From Naegleria gruberi (lineage: Eukaryota): 64,000 nt of DNA. The translations under genes and the position numbers were made by a program. This document shows positions 51,944 to 63,987 of this stretch, in pieces. How positions within the stretch are numbered: position 1 is the stretch's first letter; every line of letters starts with the position of its first letter. The notes below the pieces were generated by a model. It saw only the letters and a list, made by a program, of their open reading frames with translations. It did not search any database and had not been told where the DNA came from. Location of the stretch: NCBI GenBank assembly GCA_000004985.1, contig GG738855.1; one strand, given 5' to 3'.

Positions 51944-52897
51944 ATGGTCAATTCTCATAGTTATCCATTTCGGTGCGAAGATGGAGAAGGTAAATTCATA
52001 GAATTACATTTATCATTCTCCGAACCCGAACATCTAATTACTCTGTCTTGTACCTACAATTATCACAAGTATTTGTTTACTGAAGAAACATCATCTGTAA
52101 TTCATTTTAAATACTACAAAACATGTTTGATGAACAATGCCATTGATTGCAAGGTTTCTGAGGACAACATTACCTTGGTTGTGAAGGAGTGTTCTGATAT
52201 TGGGTCCAGTGTCAAATTTATTCTTAACAAACAAGAAAGGGATGCTGATGAAAAATTGAATACCATGTTAGAAGTCATGATGAAAGATATCGCACAATTG
52301 AAGGGAATGCTTTGGTTTACTGATAGAGATTTGAATAAGTTCTCCGAGAAATACATTACCAATTGGAATAGTGTATTTATTAGAGTCAATGGTTCACCTA
52401 TTCTAGGCAAAATATTCACAAATACTTACTCAAAGAAAGAATTTTATGTTAATACCACTGGTTGTAAAATCAAAAAGGATTCAATCAATTCTCCATTATT
52501 TAAATCTTATCGTGAATCAGATCTGGAACCTATTATCATTTACTTTAAACAAAAAGTGGATTTCTCAAGAATTGAAATTTCTGTTAGTGTTCATCAATCA
52601 AACAATCAAGACTTGGTCAAGGTTTATGTTTTTGGAGTAATGAAACCTCAGGGAGTGATTAGAAAATTTGACATTGAATTAATTAATGAAAATCTAAGCT
52701 CTCATTACCAAGAGCCAAAGGAAGATTGGTTTATTATGCCTAAATTGGAGAAGATTTCAGAACAAGAGTGTAAGCTAAATGGATTAGTTTCAATTCATTT
52801 CGATTCGAATAACGCATATGATGGAATTGGAATTGCAGTAAGAAACCAACGAAACGATATGTTCAACTACACCATTCCTCTTTTAAGAATATATTAA
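51944..52897 (+). CDS. Paralog (probably 5'-truncated) of the secreted protein at 34607..35746
   Basis: Shares conserved blocks with the 34607 ORF but lacks a signal peptide at its N-terminus. It lies immediately downstream of the retroelement fragment. Confidence 0.4.
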   Translation: MVNSHSYPFRCEDGEGKFIELHLSFSEPEHLITLSCTYNYHKYLFTEETSSVIHFKYYKTCLMNNAIDCKVSEDNITLVVKECSDIGSSVKFILNKQERDADEKLNTMLEVMMKDIAQLKGMLWFTDRDLNKFSEKYITNWNSVFIRVNGSPILGKIFTNTYSKKEFYVNTTGCKIKKDSINSPLFKSYRESDLEPIIIYFKQKVDFSRIEISVSVHQSNNQDLVKVYVFGVMKPQGVIRKFDIELINENLSSHYQEPKEDWFIMPKLEKISEQECKLNGLVSIHFDSNNAYDGIGIAVRNQRNDMFNYTIPLLRIY

Positions 52898-53357
52898 CAA
52901 TTTTAAAATTATTGATTGTCATATATAAAAGTTTGGTACCTATAACCTCGGATACCTCTTACTCCAATCTCTTATTGATTTAAGATTTTGAAATTGTTTA
53001 TTATTGAATTTTTATAAAGAGTATTGACACGAATCAGAAGCTTCTTATTGTGACAACACTTGATAGAAGAATGGGAAAGTGGCTGCATTAATTCAACATA
53101 TTGAAAGTGAACAAGGTTCTCAAGATTTGGAACTCTTCTTCATGAAGAGGAGGTTATTGGGTGGTGACTAGAGAGAAACATTTCCTTGTAGCTTTTCTAC
53201 TAGTAAATGATTAATTGACCAAGATGTTGACCTGTAATATGGAAACACAATAAAATTCAATAATACTGATAAATACAGTAGTGAATATGAATGGTAATCA
53301 TAAATCACTGAAAAAATCATGATTGGATCCTTTTTGAGACTTTTGGAAGTCAACTTG

Positions 53358-53407
53358 NNNNNNNNNNNNNNNNNNNNNNNNNNNNNNNNNNNNNNNNNNN
53401 NNNNNNN
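53358..53407. other. Scaffold gap (50 N); identical-length gaps at 61557-61606 and 63221-63270
   Basis: Runs of n in the sequence. Confidence 0.95.
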
Positions 53408-56400
53408 TAGTGTCATCACAGACTAAACCTTTAGATAATAATCAAAGTGGTTCTGGAAATGACCNCAGTTTCATCACAAACTAAACCCTTGGATAACAAC
53501 CAAGGTGGTTCTGAAAAGAACCTAGATGCTATTCTTCACGCCATCACTTCATTGGGTGAGAGAATTAAACATCTTGAAGCAGTTCCACCCATCCTTCAAG
53601 AAGCTGATCAACTTGATGACAACTCTGATGAGGATTCTGCTGAAGATTCCACTGGTAAACATTGGGGTATGTCAACAATCAAGGAGATTAGAAGACACTA
53701 CGAAGTTGGCGACAGATTAGCCGATGGAGATGTCTTAAGTTTTGTTTCAGCCAAAACTCTTCGTCGTTATCAAACCAATGATGCTCTTTTGAATAGAGTT
53801 CAATCATTAATGGCTAGATTTGAATCCGTTATTCATAATCATCGTACTCATCCCCGTTTGCAAGAAATCCAATCAAAGGGCTTGCAAAAGATGATGGAAA
53901 TGTTGCATTTGAAATCTAGACTACTCCATTTCGCTTTAAGTCACCCAATGAACGTTGCTAACATCATTGAAATCACAGAATTAGTTTATCTTCTCTGTGA
54001 GGTCGAGAAAATCTTCTTGGAAGAAGGTTTGTTTGATAGTAATTTTGAGGTTGCCACCAATTTCATTCAACCATTCGTACAGAGCAATACGTTCGCTGAC
54101 ATAACCGAAAAAGCACGTAGTAAGAAGAGAGAGAAAGCTGTTATCAAGACTGCTTTTGTTGGAAAGATTCAAAAACCCAACAAAATGAAAGAGAAGTTGA
54201 ACAAACCCTACACTTCTCAACACAACAGCTACTCTAAGTCTTACAAGAGTAACTCCAATTTTCAAAAATCAGGAGACTCAAAACCAAAGTACAACAACAA
54301 CAACGGTGGAGGATCCTTCAGCAAGGACCTCTGACTTGGTGGGTTGTCGTCTTGGCAAGTTTGTAACTCAGTGGGAGAGTTACAACTTCAACCCATTCAT
54401 AGTGGATTGGATTCGGAATGGAGTTCCAATCTACTCAAATCCCACCCTTTGGAAAGAATTCAAGCAAAGGAAGAATTTCTCTCCAAAGGAGACCTCTTGG
54501 ATGGATCAAGAAATCCAAGAGATGTTGAGTTCCAATGTCATCGAACTTGGAAACAAATCTACGGTACTCAATCCAATAAACATTGTCCCCAAGAAGGGCT
54601 CAGATCAGTTTCGTTTTATTCTGGATCTCAGGAAAGTAAACTTGGGGATCAAGGATACTTCGTTCAAGATGGACAACATTCAAAAATGTTTGAAGTTTGT
54701 TCAGAAAGGAATGTGGGCAACAAAGATAGACCTGAAGAAAGGCTATTTTCATGTTCCCATCAGAGAGAGTCATCGACACCTTCTGGGATTCAAGTACAAG
54801 AGCCTTGTATACCAATTCAAATGCCTTCCATTTGGTCTAAGTCAAGCTCCCAGAAACTTCACCAAGATAATGAAGGAACTAATGACCAAGTGGAGAAAGC
54901 AGGGCATCTTGGTATTCATTTACATCGACGATATATTGATTCTAAGCAACCACAAGGAAACTACCCAACAACACACAGAGATAATCTTGAAAGACCTAGA
55001 AACATTAGGATGGATTATACAGAAGGAGAAAAGTGTGTTGACACCTTGTCAATGCATAGAATTTCTGGGTCTGGAATTGGATTTAATATCAGGTTTGGTA
55101 AAAATTCCACTCAACAAACAAGCCACTGCGATAAAACTGATCCAAGACTTCTTGTCAGCGAACCAACTGAACAGATATGTAGCTTGCAAGAAAGTGGCTC
55201 AGTTTCTTGGGAAGATGGAATTTCTAACCCTATCAAACCATTATTTTGCACCATTTCTGGCTCGTCTTCGAAAGGATATGGTGAAAGTAGTAAACGACAA
55301 ATCCTGGCACGCATCGATGAGAATATTCAGAGGTGCAACCAAAGACCTCAAGATATTGAAAACTCTGATTCAGGAAAACAGTGGAGTTCCATTCGAACTG
55401 AACTCAATGAACCCGATTCGAGTGAATTCAGATGCTTGCCCAACAGGTTATGGAATCGCAGAATCAACCATTACAATTGGAAGATTCAATTCCTCAGAGC
55501 ACATCAATGTCAAAGAGTTAAAAACACTCCTCATTTTCTTCACACAAGCAGATCAATTAAACCTTTATGGTCCTGGTCAAGCATTCGAGATAAGAGGCGA
55601 CAATGTAACAGCAATATCTTATATAAGGAGAGGTTACGGAGTCATCGAAGAACTCTCACAAATAGCCAGAGATCTCTACAAAATTCTAATGAGAAGAAAA
55701 TGGTGGATTTCCAAAGTGATTTATATTCCCTCAAAGGAAAACATTTTGGCGGACAGACTGAGTCGTCTAACAGAATGGAAATCCTCTCAAGAACTATTGA
55801 ATCTAGTTCAGACAGAATTTGGAAAACACCACGTGGACAGATTCTCAACATTGGAATCAACCACAACAATTCAATTCAATTCATGGATAGAGAACGACAC
55901 ATTTCTGAACCCATGGGAACAAAATCTGATGAGCTATTGTGCTCCTCCTCTGGGTCTGATATCTCAAGCTCTAGTTCACTGCATCAAGTCAGGAGCCAAA
56001 GCGACATTTGTGGTTCCAGATTGGCCCTCTTCGATATGGTTTCCAGTCTTGCTAAAGATATCAGAAAGAATGATAACTGTTTCGAGAAAGATGCTTATAA
56101 TAACGCCCTTATCAGAGTTGCAAGACAAGTTCGAGAATTCGAATTTCCTGGTTGTTCAAGTGCATGGCAAGTTATTCAAACAATGAGAGAAATCAGTATT
56201 CTCTCTTCAATAGGTGAAAAAACCTTCAGAACCTACAACAGGATTTATGGTGGTTTTCTTTGGTTTATCAATGTGTTCGATCTTACCATTGATAATCCTT
56301 TAGCTATTGAATATTACATCTCTTACCTTCTGGTTAATGTTCAAGGTTACAAAGCAAATACTGTGCAAGCAGCTATTCAATTCTTTGCTAACCTTGATGG

Positions 56401-57091
56401 CAGAACAATTAATATTTCCGTCTCTTACCCTAAAGTTAAAAAAGGTGTCCTTAAGCTTTATTCACTTTCGGATAAAGTTTCTCTTCAAAGAGATCCGATA
56501 ACAATCAAACATTTGACTGATTATTTGAAGTGCAAAGACAAAGTGGATAATTTCACTTTCCGTCTTACATCTGCTATTCTAGTAATTGGTTTTAGACTAT
56601 TTGCAAGACCTGGTGAGGTTGCGCGACTAAAATGGTCATATATCAAGATGCTTAAAAAAGGAAGAATCAAGATTGATCTCAGTGGTCATAAAACTGACTT
56701 CTTCCTTATTGAAAAACCAATTACTATCGAAAGGAATACTAAAGATCCTAATCTTTGCCCAATTTCAATACTAAAATCATACATGGATTTGGTTAGGAAT
56801 TTCAAAGATGCTGAGTCCCCATTATTTTCCTTCGAAAACGACAAATTCTTTGATTCAGATGGTATTTCAAAAATACTAAAGAATGCAGTGGGTATAGTAG
56901 ATCAAGGCGTAACAGTCTCAGGTCACAGCCTTAGAATAGGTGCTATCACAGAAGGACTCAGAAAGGGTATGTCTACAACTGATCTAATGGTCGGTGCAAG
57001 ACATAAAAAGGAAAAAAATTTATTTCCTTACCTTAGATCTGAAGGCCTAGCTGGCAAGAATTTCACTAACACTCTATTTTCTCTGGACTAA

Positions 57092-57139
57092 CCCATTGGT
57101 TTATCAACGAAATTCTTTATTGTTTTATTTGGAGAAATA
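57092..57139 (+). repeat. 48-bp direct repeat copy 1 (cccattggtttatcaacgaaattctttattgttttatttggagaaata), immediately after the recombinase ORF stop
   Basis: Identical copy at 57767..57814. The two copies are separated by ~627 bp. Confidence 0.8.
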
Positions 57140-57766
57140 TGGCTAGTTGCGAGGAACGATGCAACGTTAGTATTTCGACAAATTGTAAACAATAAAATTG
57201 AGTTGATAAATAATTTTTATGCTCAAAAAAATTAAGAAACATGGTAAACACACCAAGCAAAATCATTGCTGACCCACCCACCCATTCCCTTAATTTCATC
57301 AAGAATTCCTTGAATTCTTTCAAATAGTCCTTCACTCCTTGAGTGTTTTTTCCTATTTGTCTTTTAGTTTGATCTTGGTAAGTGATCCTTCTAAGGATGC
57401 AGGATTAGTATTACCTTGTGATACAATAATTTTTATTTCTAACTAACATCATTTGAATAATTCGAAATATGCTCGTAAAGTTAGCCAGATTTATTTTTTC
57501 AAAAAATATTTCTGATAGAAATTACCAGGCATTTTTTTACAAGCAATTCACTAGTTAAAATAGAGAACTTTAATGGATTGGAGTTTTTACTGATTTTTTC
57601 CTGCAATGCAGGTTTTTTATAGGGGAGTTGTTCTATTTCAATCTCGATTTTGTAAACAACTTTATTAACTCGGGACAATGCTGAATAAAGTCAATGACCT
57701 AAAAGGCAGCATTTCCGAGCAACATACCTCATCCTTTGGATGAAGAATATGTTGAGTGAGCTTCTA

Positions 57767-57814
57767 CCCATTGGTTTATCAACGAAATTCTTTATTGTTT
57801 TATTTGGAGAAATA
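57767..57814 (+). repeat. 48-bp direct repeat copy 2
   Basis: Identical to 57092..57139. Confidence 0.8.
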
Positions 57815-57929
57815 ATAAAAATCTATATGAATTTTCTGAAACAAATGGAATGAAAAATAAATAAAAGGTGTAAGTTTATTAATGTCTCTTGTATCAATAA
57901 CGACCTGAGAGACCACACTTTTTCGGCAT

Positions 57930-58960
57930 TTAAGGACTCTGTGCAACATTTGAATGATTTGGGTTAAGATTGAGTGCCGTTGAGTGAGTGTGCCTAAAGT
58001 AGGCTGATTGGAATTTTGAGTTTTTGATAAAAGGTTGTCGGGAGGGACGGTTGTACCACATAGTGTTTTTGTAACAATTTTCTAAATAAATGGCGAATGC
58101 CTTGTAAATTTCTAGAGCTACAGCCTTAGGAAGTCTTTTGTTCTTTGACCATAAGAGCCTATCGCTGCGAGAGCAGCTTCCGTTAAAATCAATAATAAGG
58201 CAGTTCCTCACTTTGTCTGAAGGGAGACGAATCGGATCGAGGTTAAATTTGGAGGAAATATTGTCCCAAGTAGCATACAGTTCCTGTTTTTCATGGTTGC
58301 TTTTAGAGCACGATGAGAAAACGTGTGTCCAGTCTTCGGCAGTTTGACATGAATCACAGGTTGTATTGTTATCTAGAATAATAGCGTGGTGAAGGTTTAG
58401 GAAAAGGAGTCTTTGTTGATAGTAGGAGAGATGGAAATTTCTCCAAAAGGAAACAGTTGAAAGGTGCCAATTAAGATTTGAATCTAACTGGCCCAACTCT
58501 GAGATGGTTTTTTTGGATCTTTTGAGTTCAAGAATATCGTTTCGTAAGTTGGTGATGGGTTTGTGTGACGATCTGTCACAAAGAACCCATCCACTCTCTG
58601 TTGGATTGAAGTATGCATTGAGTTTGTTGATATTTAAGGCTGCATTTGTCCAGAGAGAGTCTGTAGATTTGCCTCGGAGAGCTTTTTGAATCGAGGCCCT
58701 TGCAATGTTGCGGGTGATTGTGGATGAGGAGTTCACAAATCTACAGACCGATGCTGTGCATTCAATGTCTAACACATCTACAGGAGACGTGAGACCGAGA
58801 CCACCATGTCGCTTATCACCATAGATGACAGCTTTGGAAAGTTTGAAATTACACCCTAATTTCTTCTTAATAGAACCACTAATATTTGATTCAAGTTTGG
58901 TTAACGTGGATAGGGGGACGGCATCAACACTTGATAAGTATCTAGGGATAGAGAGTACTT
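57930..58960 (-). mobile_element. 5'-truncated non-LTR (LINE/TRE-like) retrotransposon fragment: ORF2 C-terminal region with CCHC zinc-knuckle
   Basis: ORF complement(57930..58775) and the upstream open frame read ...KRHGGLGLTSPVDVLDIECTAS...CDSCQTAEDWTHVFSSC..., the typical thumb/C-terminal tail of L1-type ORF2. No clear poly-A at the 3' side. Confidence 0.45.
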
Positions 58961-58989
58961 GGTTTGGGTTTGGTTAGGATTCAGAGTTG

Positions 58990-61490
58990 ATTTATTTGGG
59001 TTATTTAAGAGATTACTTAGTGAAGATTCAAATCAATGATTATAATTCTTATCATCTATTAATGATGTAAATTTGATGTTTTCATTTCTTATATTGATAG
59101 ATATTTAAAGGTCAGGTCAGAACTAACTTTTGAATTATGGACTTTGAGAAGTCAAATGTTTGGGACGTGAATCTACTCATTAGATTGAATAGGTATTGCT
59201 AATAAAGGAACATTTCATTGATTTATTGATTATAACGGTCAAATTGAGTTGAATGGAAGTGAATCACATGTTGATTCATCGTGGATGGGTAGTTTCGCCA
59301 CGTAGTGGTGCAACTACCAACCTTTGTAGATTGAATCAGGTTGATTTGCATGCAATATGAATAAGTAACATTATCAAGAGTGATTATTCCCCAATTCAAC
59401 GATCAATATTCAATAATCGGTTTGATTTCAATCAATAGCATGATCATCAAGCTTTGAATTAATATTCCAGTAATCAACGGCAGTCTATTTTTAAATTTAA
59501 TCAAAGACCATATATAGTATCTTGACTTTTGTGATCTGGAAACTATCTAGATGTTCTATATTGAATAATCTATTTGAAAATGAGAAGAATTAACTTCTAT
59601 TGAGTTTTATTGGTATTGCAAGGTATTACGATTTATAATAATCTTCACAGAAATCACTCTCGAAATATAAACTGTACTACAATGTATGAGAAACATAATG
59701 GTGGTGGAATTAATCAATAAATCGTTGAAATGACTGAGATGAAATGTAAACTATGGTCTATTTGTTATGTAATGGTGACTAGACAGTGTCAATTTCATCA
59801 AATTATTTCAAACTGGTAAGATTCAATAAAAAACGACTCTATACACCAAACATGCAATACGGAATGAGTTTCAATATTTAATATCGTGAACTGACTCTGT
59901 TGGATACCATCTCTATAAATATAACAATATGAAAAGTGTCAACATTCAATTTCACATGCGTTACTATGTAGAGTCATCATTATATCATCTAAATAGGTTG
60001 TATTTCATGTTTCAGTCACATTGACAGTCTTGATATTGAGATGTGTATACTAAGGTTGATGAAATGGTACCTTCACTGATTACTGACATGAATATAACAA
60101 TTGAATTTATAATTCTTGTATAATTAATTCATTATTCAACGATTTTGATATGATGGTAAAATTTAATTTTGAAATTAAGGTTCTTCCTAATTGATTACCT
60201 TAGATGTTCCTTAGTTGAGTTGAAGATGTTGAGCCATGAATATGAAACTTTCTCAGATTGTTCTCCTCATCAAGAGGAGTGTATTCATATTTGATACTTG
60301 TATGATATTTTGTAAAATGAATGAGATGGAGTATATTTTATATGTTGAAATGTGACAATTTGACAGATTGTTATTATTATCATACTGAATTCAACTCTAA
60401 TAGACTTAAATTGATACCATATGTATAACAGTGTGATTAAATGTATCTGGTAAAGTTACATGATGGTTGGATGTACTTTCATTGAGATAGAGTGTACACT
60501 TGGATAAAATCAATATTGATATTGAACATTAACTGACTTACTAATTGAAAGTAATACGAATTGGTTCCAAACTATATACAATGTATTTAGTTGATGTATA
60601 CTATATGTGGTATCAATTCTAGATTGATTGTATGTATAATGAGCGAGTTGGAGCATAAGCTTTGATTTCATGTCAAAGTTCTATAGTATAGTTGACATTT
60701 CGACATCTACTGAACCAATATTTATGAAATTGATACCATATGTTAATTAGAGTGTCTATATATCATGATATCAATTTCAGTGAAAATGGAGTTGTTTCTG
60801 TACCTTCAGATTTCCATCCATTCTTGAAATATCCCCCATGTACTATCTACTGGATGCATTTATTGAAATGAAAACATATAATTTGATGAAAGTCCACTTT
60901 ATTTGAGATGTAGAACTCGATATTATCATTTATTTTGAGATTGGTAACATTCCCTATAGTATCCTTAATTGTCTTAATTGACTAAAAAAGGTCAAGGAGA
61001 GATTTCAAAACATAAAATAAATGATATTTTCGAGATTTACTATCGATTTCCAATCGATTGATATGTATTTTGTAGATTGAGGATGTAGTTCTCTATTTGA
61101 AGATTTCCTCCTGATCTTCTAAGTCACCCTTGATAAATCACTCTTTACCTGAAAGATGGAATGTTCACCAAAACGTCTAAAAACTGAATTATATACATTA
61201 TTTGAGATGTGGAACATGATGGTAATGTTTCATAAAGTGATCATTTTCCAGATTTTCATCCATGTACACAGTTGACTAGTTGGTATGATAGAGTTGAAAT
61301 CATGAACATGAAAGTGAAAATAAACTTTATATTCTATCTCCACTCATCGAATGGAGCATTTTCATGCATATATTGTTGATTGAAGTGATGTATTTGACAG
61401 ACTTGGTCTGACTTGTCTTTTCTTAAAGTCATCTATAATATATCAACATTTACCTTTCCATGGTACCATTTCTGATTTATATGATATGAA
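58990..61490. repeat. 2.5-kb AT-rich non-coding region with degenerate interspersed short repeats (for example attgataccatatgt / atgtggtatcaat)
   Basis: No ORF of 60 aa or more in any frame. Recurrent motifs occur in both orientations at about 60410, 60606 and 60724. Confidence 0.4.
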
Positions 61491-61553
61491 ATTGAATTCT
61501 AGGGTTGGGAAAGCGTGTTGTTTTGATTTGTTTCTTCTGTGGCTCCATGGTCT

Positions 61554-62492
61554 TTANNNNNNNNNNNNNNNNNNNNNNNNNNNNNNNNNNNNNNNNNNNN
61601 NNNNNNATGGTAAAAGATTGGAGGAAGAACTACTCTTTGTATAAGTTGGATCATCTTCCTTATTGTTTGGCAATGAGTAACCAAAGTTATTCTCGAGCAT
61701 ATTTTGGTGTGATTCTATAATATTCAAAAGTGTACTCTCAATATTAATGAGTTTGGTAATTTGGTCACAGATTTGAATTCTTTGTGCTCTCAAATTCACC
61801 TTATTTGAACTCGTTTGGCTATTGGACATGGAGAAGGCAGGAGTTGTTTCCTCACCATCTTCTTCAAAATCCATAAGGAAGAGAGAACCAGGTTGCTCTT
61901 CATCCATCTCGGTTAAAATTTCCCACAAGTTTGACAACTCCTTGATTCCATTTTCCATTGCGTTTTTCAATGTACCCAACTTGTTAATAGAATCTAAACT
62001 AACTCTTTTAAGCTCAGTGTATTGTTCGAAACTCTCAGCACCATATAAAGAAGAACCAAAGCTTGTCTCACTGTCTTGGTGTTTGAGGACTGCAGCCTTT
62101 GCCAAAGTAGTTTTCATTTTGGAAGGAGAATCTTTCTTGTATGGGGATCGACATCTAGAACCATGATTATTTGTTGGTCTTTTGGTTCTTCCAGTTGTTG
62201 GTGAAACTGGCATCATGTCATTGTTAGTAGAGGAGAAATTAGTATTATTGGTGGAGGGAATTGTTGTATTATTGGAGGTACTTGTGTTAGTAGTTGGTTC
62301 AACAATAATTGTGGAGGTTGTAGTGGTTGGAGTCTTGCTGTCATTCTCGGATCCAGCAAGTAAAACTTTAAGAGTGGAGACTTGTTTACGGAAGTGAATT
62401 TGTTGGTGGTGAAATTCTCTGATGAGTTCCATCTTGTTGAAAGGAACAGTTGTAGTAAATTGCATCATGGAAAGGTTCTTAAATATGTACAA
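61554..62492 (-). CDS. Hypothetical Ser/Thr/Asn-rich protein; ORF spans a 50-N scaffold gap (61557-61606)
   Basis: 312-aa ORF with low-complexity N-terminal half. The C-terminus is interrupted by the gap. Confidence 0.35.
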   Translation of the reverse strand: MYIFKNLSMMQFTTTVPFNKMELIREFHHQQIHFRKQVSTLKVLLAGSENDSKTPTTTTSTIIVEPTTNTSTSNNTTIPSTNNTNFSSTNNDMMPVSPTTGRTKRPTNNHGSRCRSPYKKDSPSKMKTTLAKAAVLKHQDSETSFGSSLYGAESFEQYTELKRVSLDSINKLGTLKNAMENGIKELSNLWEILTEMDEEQPGSLFLMDFEEDGEETTPAFSMSNSQTSSNKVNLRAQRIQICDQITKLINIESTLLNIIESHQNMLENNFGYSLPNNKEDDPTYTKSSSSSNLLPXXXXXXXXXXXXXXXXX

Positions 62493-63201
62493 GTTTGTCT
62501 ATTTACTAGTTATGATCACAAGTATAAAGATTGATGAAATCAAGAGATTATGTTGTTCGTATTGAATACGTTCGTTGTTGTGTGCTCTAAACTAAAAAAA
62601 GCTACTCCACTTGAACTTGCTTTGATGTGCACGCTAATTGCCTCTCACGCTTGGTTGGTCACTCAAATATATCAAGCCAAAATGGAGACTTTTTTTAGAG
62701 AGAAGAAAAAAAACAATAAGTAAACCAGGGTAATATTTATTACAAAAATGTCTCCCGCTCTCAAACAACATCGCTAATTTTATTGAATACCTGCGTTATG
62801 GTGCTGAGAGTGTTGGTGTTTTATCAAGCTTGAGGATCTCTTTCAAAAGTGCAGTGTGTGCAACTTTGAAACCATGGCCAATGCTTAACAACACAAAATA
62901 AATATTACAGAAGATAATTTTCTATCAATATCATTGTAAGAGGTTGACTGAGGAGAGATAACACAATATTATGATAAGAATAGATTATTGCCATTTTTAG
63001 ATTTGGATTCGATTATTTTGATATCTGGCAGTTTAAGACTATGGTCTATAGTCATTTTGGATATGAGGCATTGGGCTGGATTTTATTCGTTCCATTTTAG
63101 TTTTAAATTGTTATCCTTTTCAATTTTGTCTTTTTTGTAAAGTGTTTGGTTTAGTAAAAAAGAAATTAGCTATTAAGGAATAAGTATTAAAGAGAAACAT
63201 A

Positions 63202-63987
63202 TCATATTGTCAATGATCTCNNNNNNNNNNNNNNNNNNNNNNNNNNNNNNNNNNNNNNNNNNNNNNNNNNATTGGCATTATTGGATGATTCCTTTGATTC
63301 TTCTTGTTGTGGAGCATTTTCTTGAGTTTGTTGTTGTTGGGCTGCTCCTGGGAAGAGATTATTCAACAATGATGACAAATCGAATGGATTGGCTCCTTGT
63401 TGTTGTTGACCATTATTAGGATTATTGAACAAGGATCCAACAACATTTTCAATGAGTGGAGCAAATTGTTCAAAACCAGCTCCCATACCACCTCTTCTTC
63501 TACAACCACCACGTGACCATGGACAACCAGATTGAGGACGAGCATCACCAAATGGACAATGTCCTTGACCTCTTCTACCACCATGCAAATTGAAATTCTT
63601 GAAAATTTCACTAAATGGATCCTTTGGACTATCATTGTTATCAGTTTCACTCTTTGGAACAATATTTTGGCAGACAATCTTGATAACAGTTTCAGAAGCG
63701 AGAATTGAGTTCAAAATCTTCCAATCTTCTTCATCTGACAAGGATACCCAATCATTTTGATCGTCAAGATAGAAGAGTTTGAAACTGGTATCTGTGACAA
63801 TGGATTTGGTTTTCAATTTTTGAACGAATTCCTCAAAGGTAATGCCACTTTGATCCAAAATGAGTCTGTGGACACTCTTTGGTTTTTCCTCCTTCAAGGT
63901 TGTTTCAGAGAGTGGTTGAATTGAGGAGTTTTCATAAAGGAAAACTTTGAAATGTTTACTAGCAGTTACTTGTTTTGCGCTGAACAT
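63202..63987 (-). CDS. PB1-domain protein with Gly/Cys/Pro-rich zinc-binding-like segment (sequestosome/p62-like), C-terminally truncated by gap 63221-63270
   Basis: N-terminus KVFLYENSSIQPLSE...SFKLFYLDDQNDWVSLSDEEDWKILNSI resembles a PB1 fold. HCPFGDARPQSGCPWSRGGCRRRGG is a Cys/Gly-rich segment. Gln-rich tail. Family assignment is tentative. Confidence 0.35.
   Translation of the reverse strand: MFSAKQVTASKHFKVFLYENSSIQPLSETTLKEEKPKSVHRLILDQSGITFEEFVQKLKTKSIVTDTSFKLFYLDDQNDWVSLSDEEDWKILNSILASETVIKIVCQNIVPKSETDNNDSPKDPFSEIFKNFNLHGGRRGQGHCPFGDARPQSGCPWSRGGCRRRGGMGAGFEQFAPLIENVVGSLFNNPNNGQQQQGANPFDLSSLLNNLFPGAAQQQQTQENAPQQEESKESSNNANXXXXXXXXXXXXXXXXXRSLTI

Larger units (their letters stand above)
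53170..57815 (+). mobile_element. DIRS-like tyrosine-recombinase retrotransposon: Gag-like ORF1, RT/RNase H ORF, and long overlapping ORF ending in a tyrosine recombinase
   Basis: ORF1 53447..54334 (Gag-like, basic C-terminus). ORF 54306..56186 has RT motifs (FRFILDLRKVN, KIDLKKGYFHVPI, FIYIDDILI) and an RNase H-like region. ORF 54344..57091 is open in a second frame across the whole RT ORF and ends in a phage-integrase-type domain (ARPGEVARLKWSYI...HSLRIGAIT...). A 50-N gap at 53358-53407 lies in the 5' region and a degenerate ~54-bp tandem duplication at 53408-53520. The element ends are not defined. The 3' boundary is placed at the second copy of a 48-bp direct repeat. Confidence 0.65.

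Noticed and set aside
54344-56186. First ~600 codons of the 915-aa ORF as an independent conventional protein
   Set aside because: It is the alternative frame of the RT/RNase H ORF with low-complexity composition. Only the C-terminal recombinase part has recognisable motifs. It is reported as an overlap feature of the retroelement instead.
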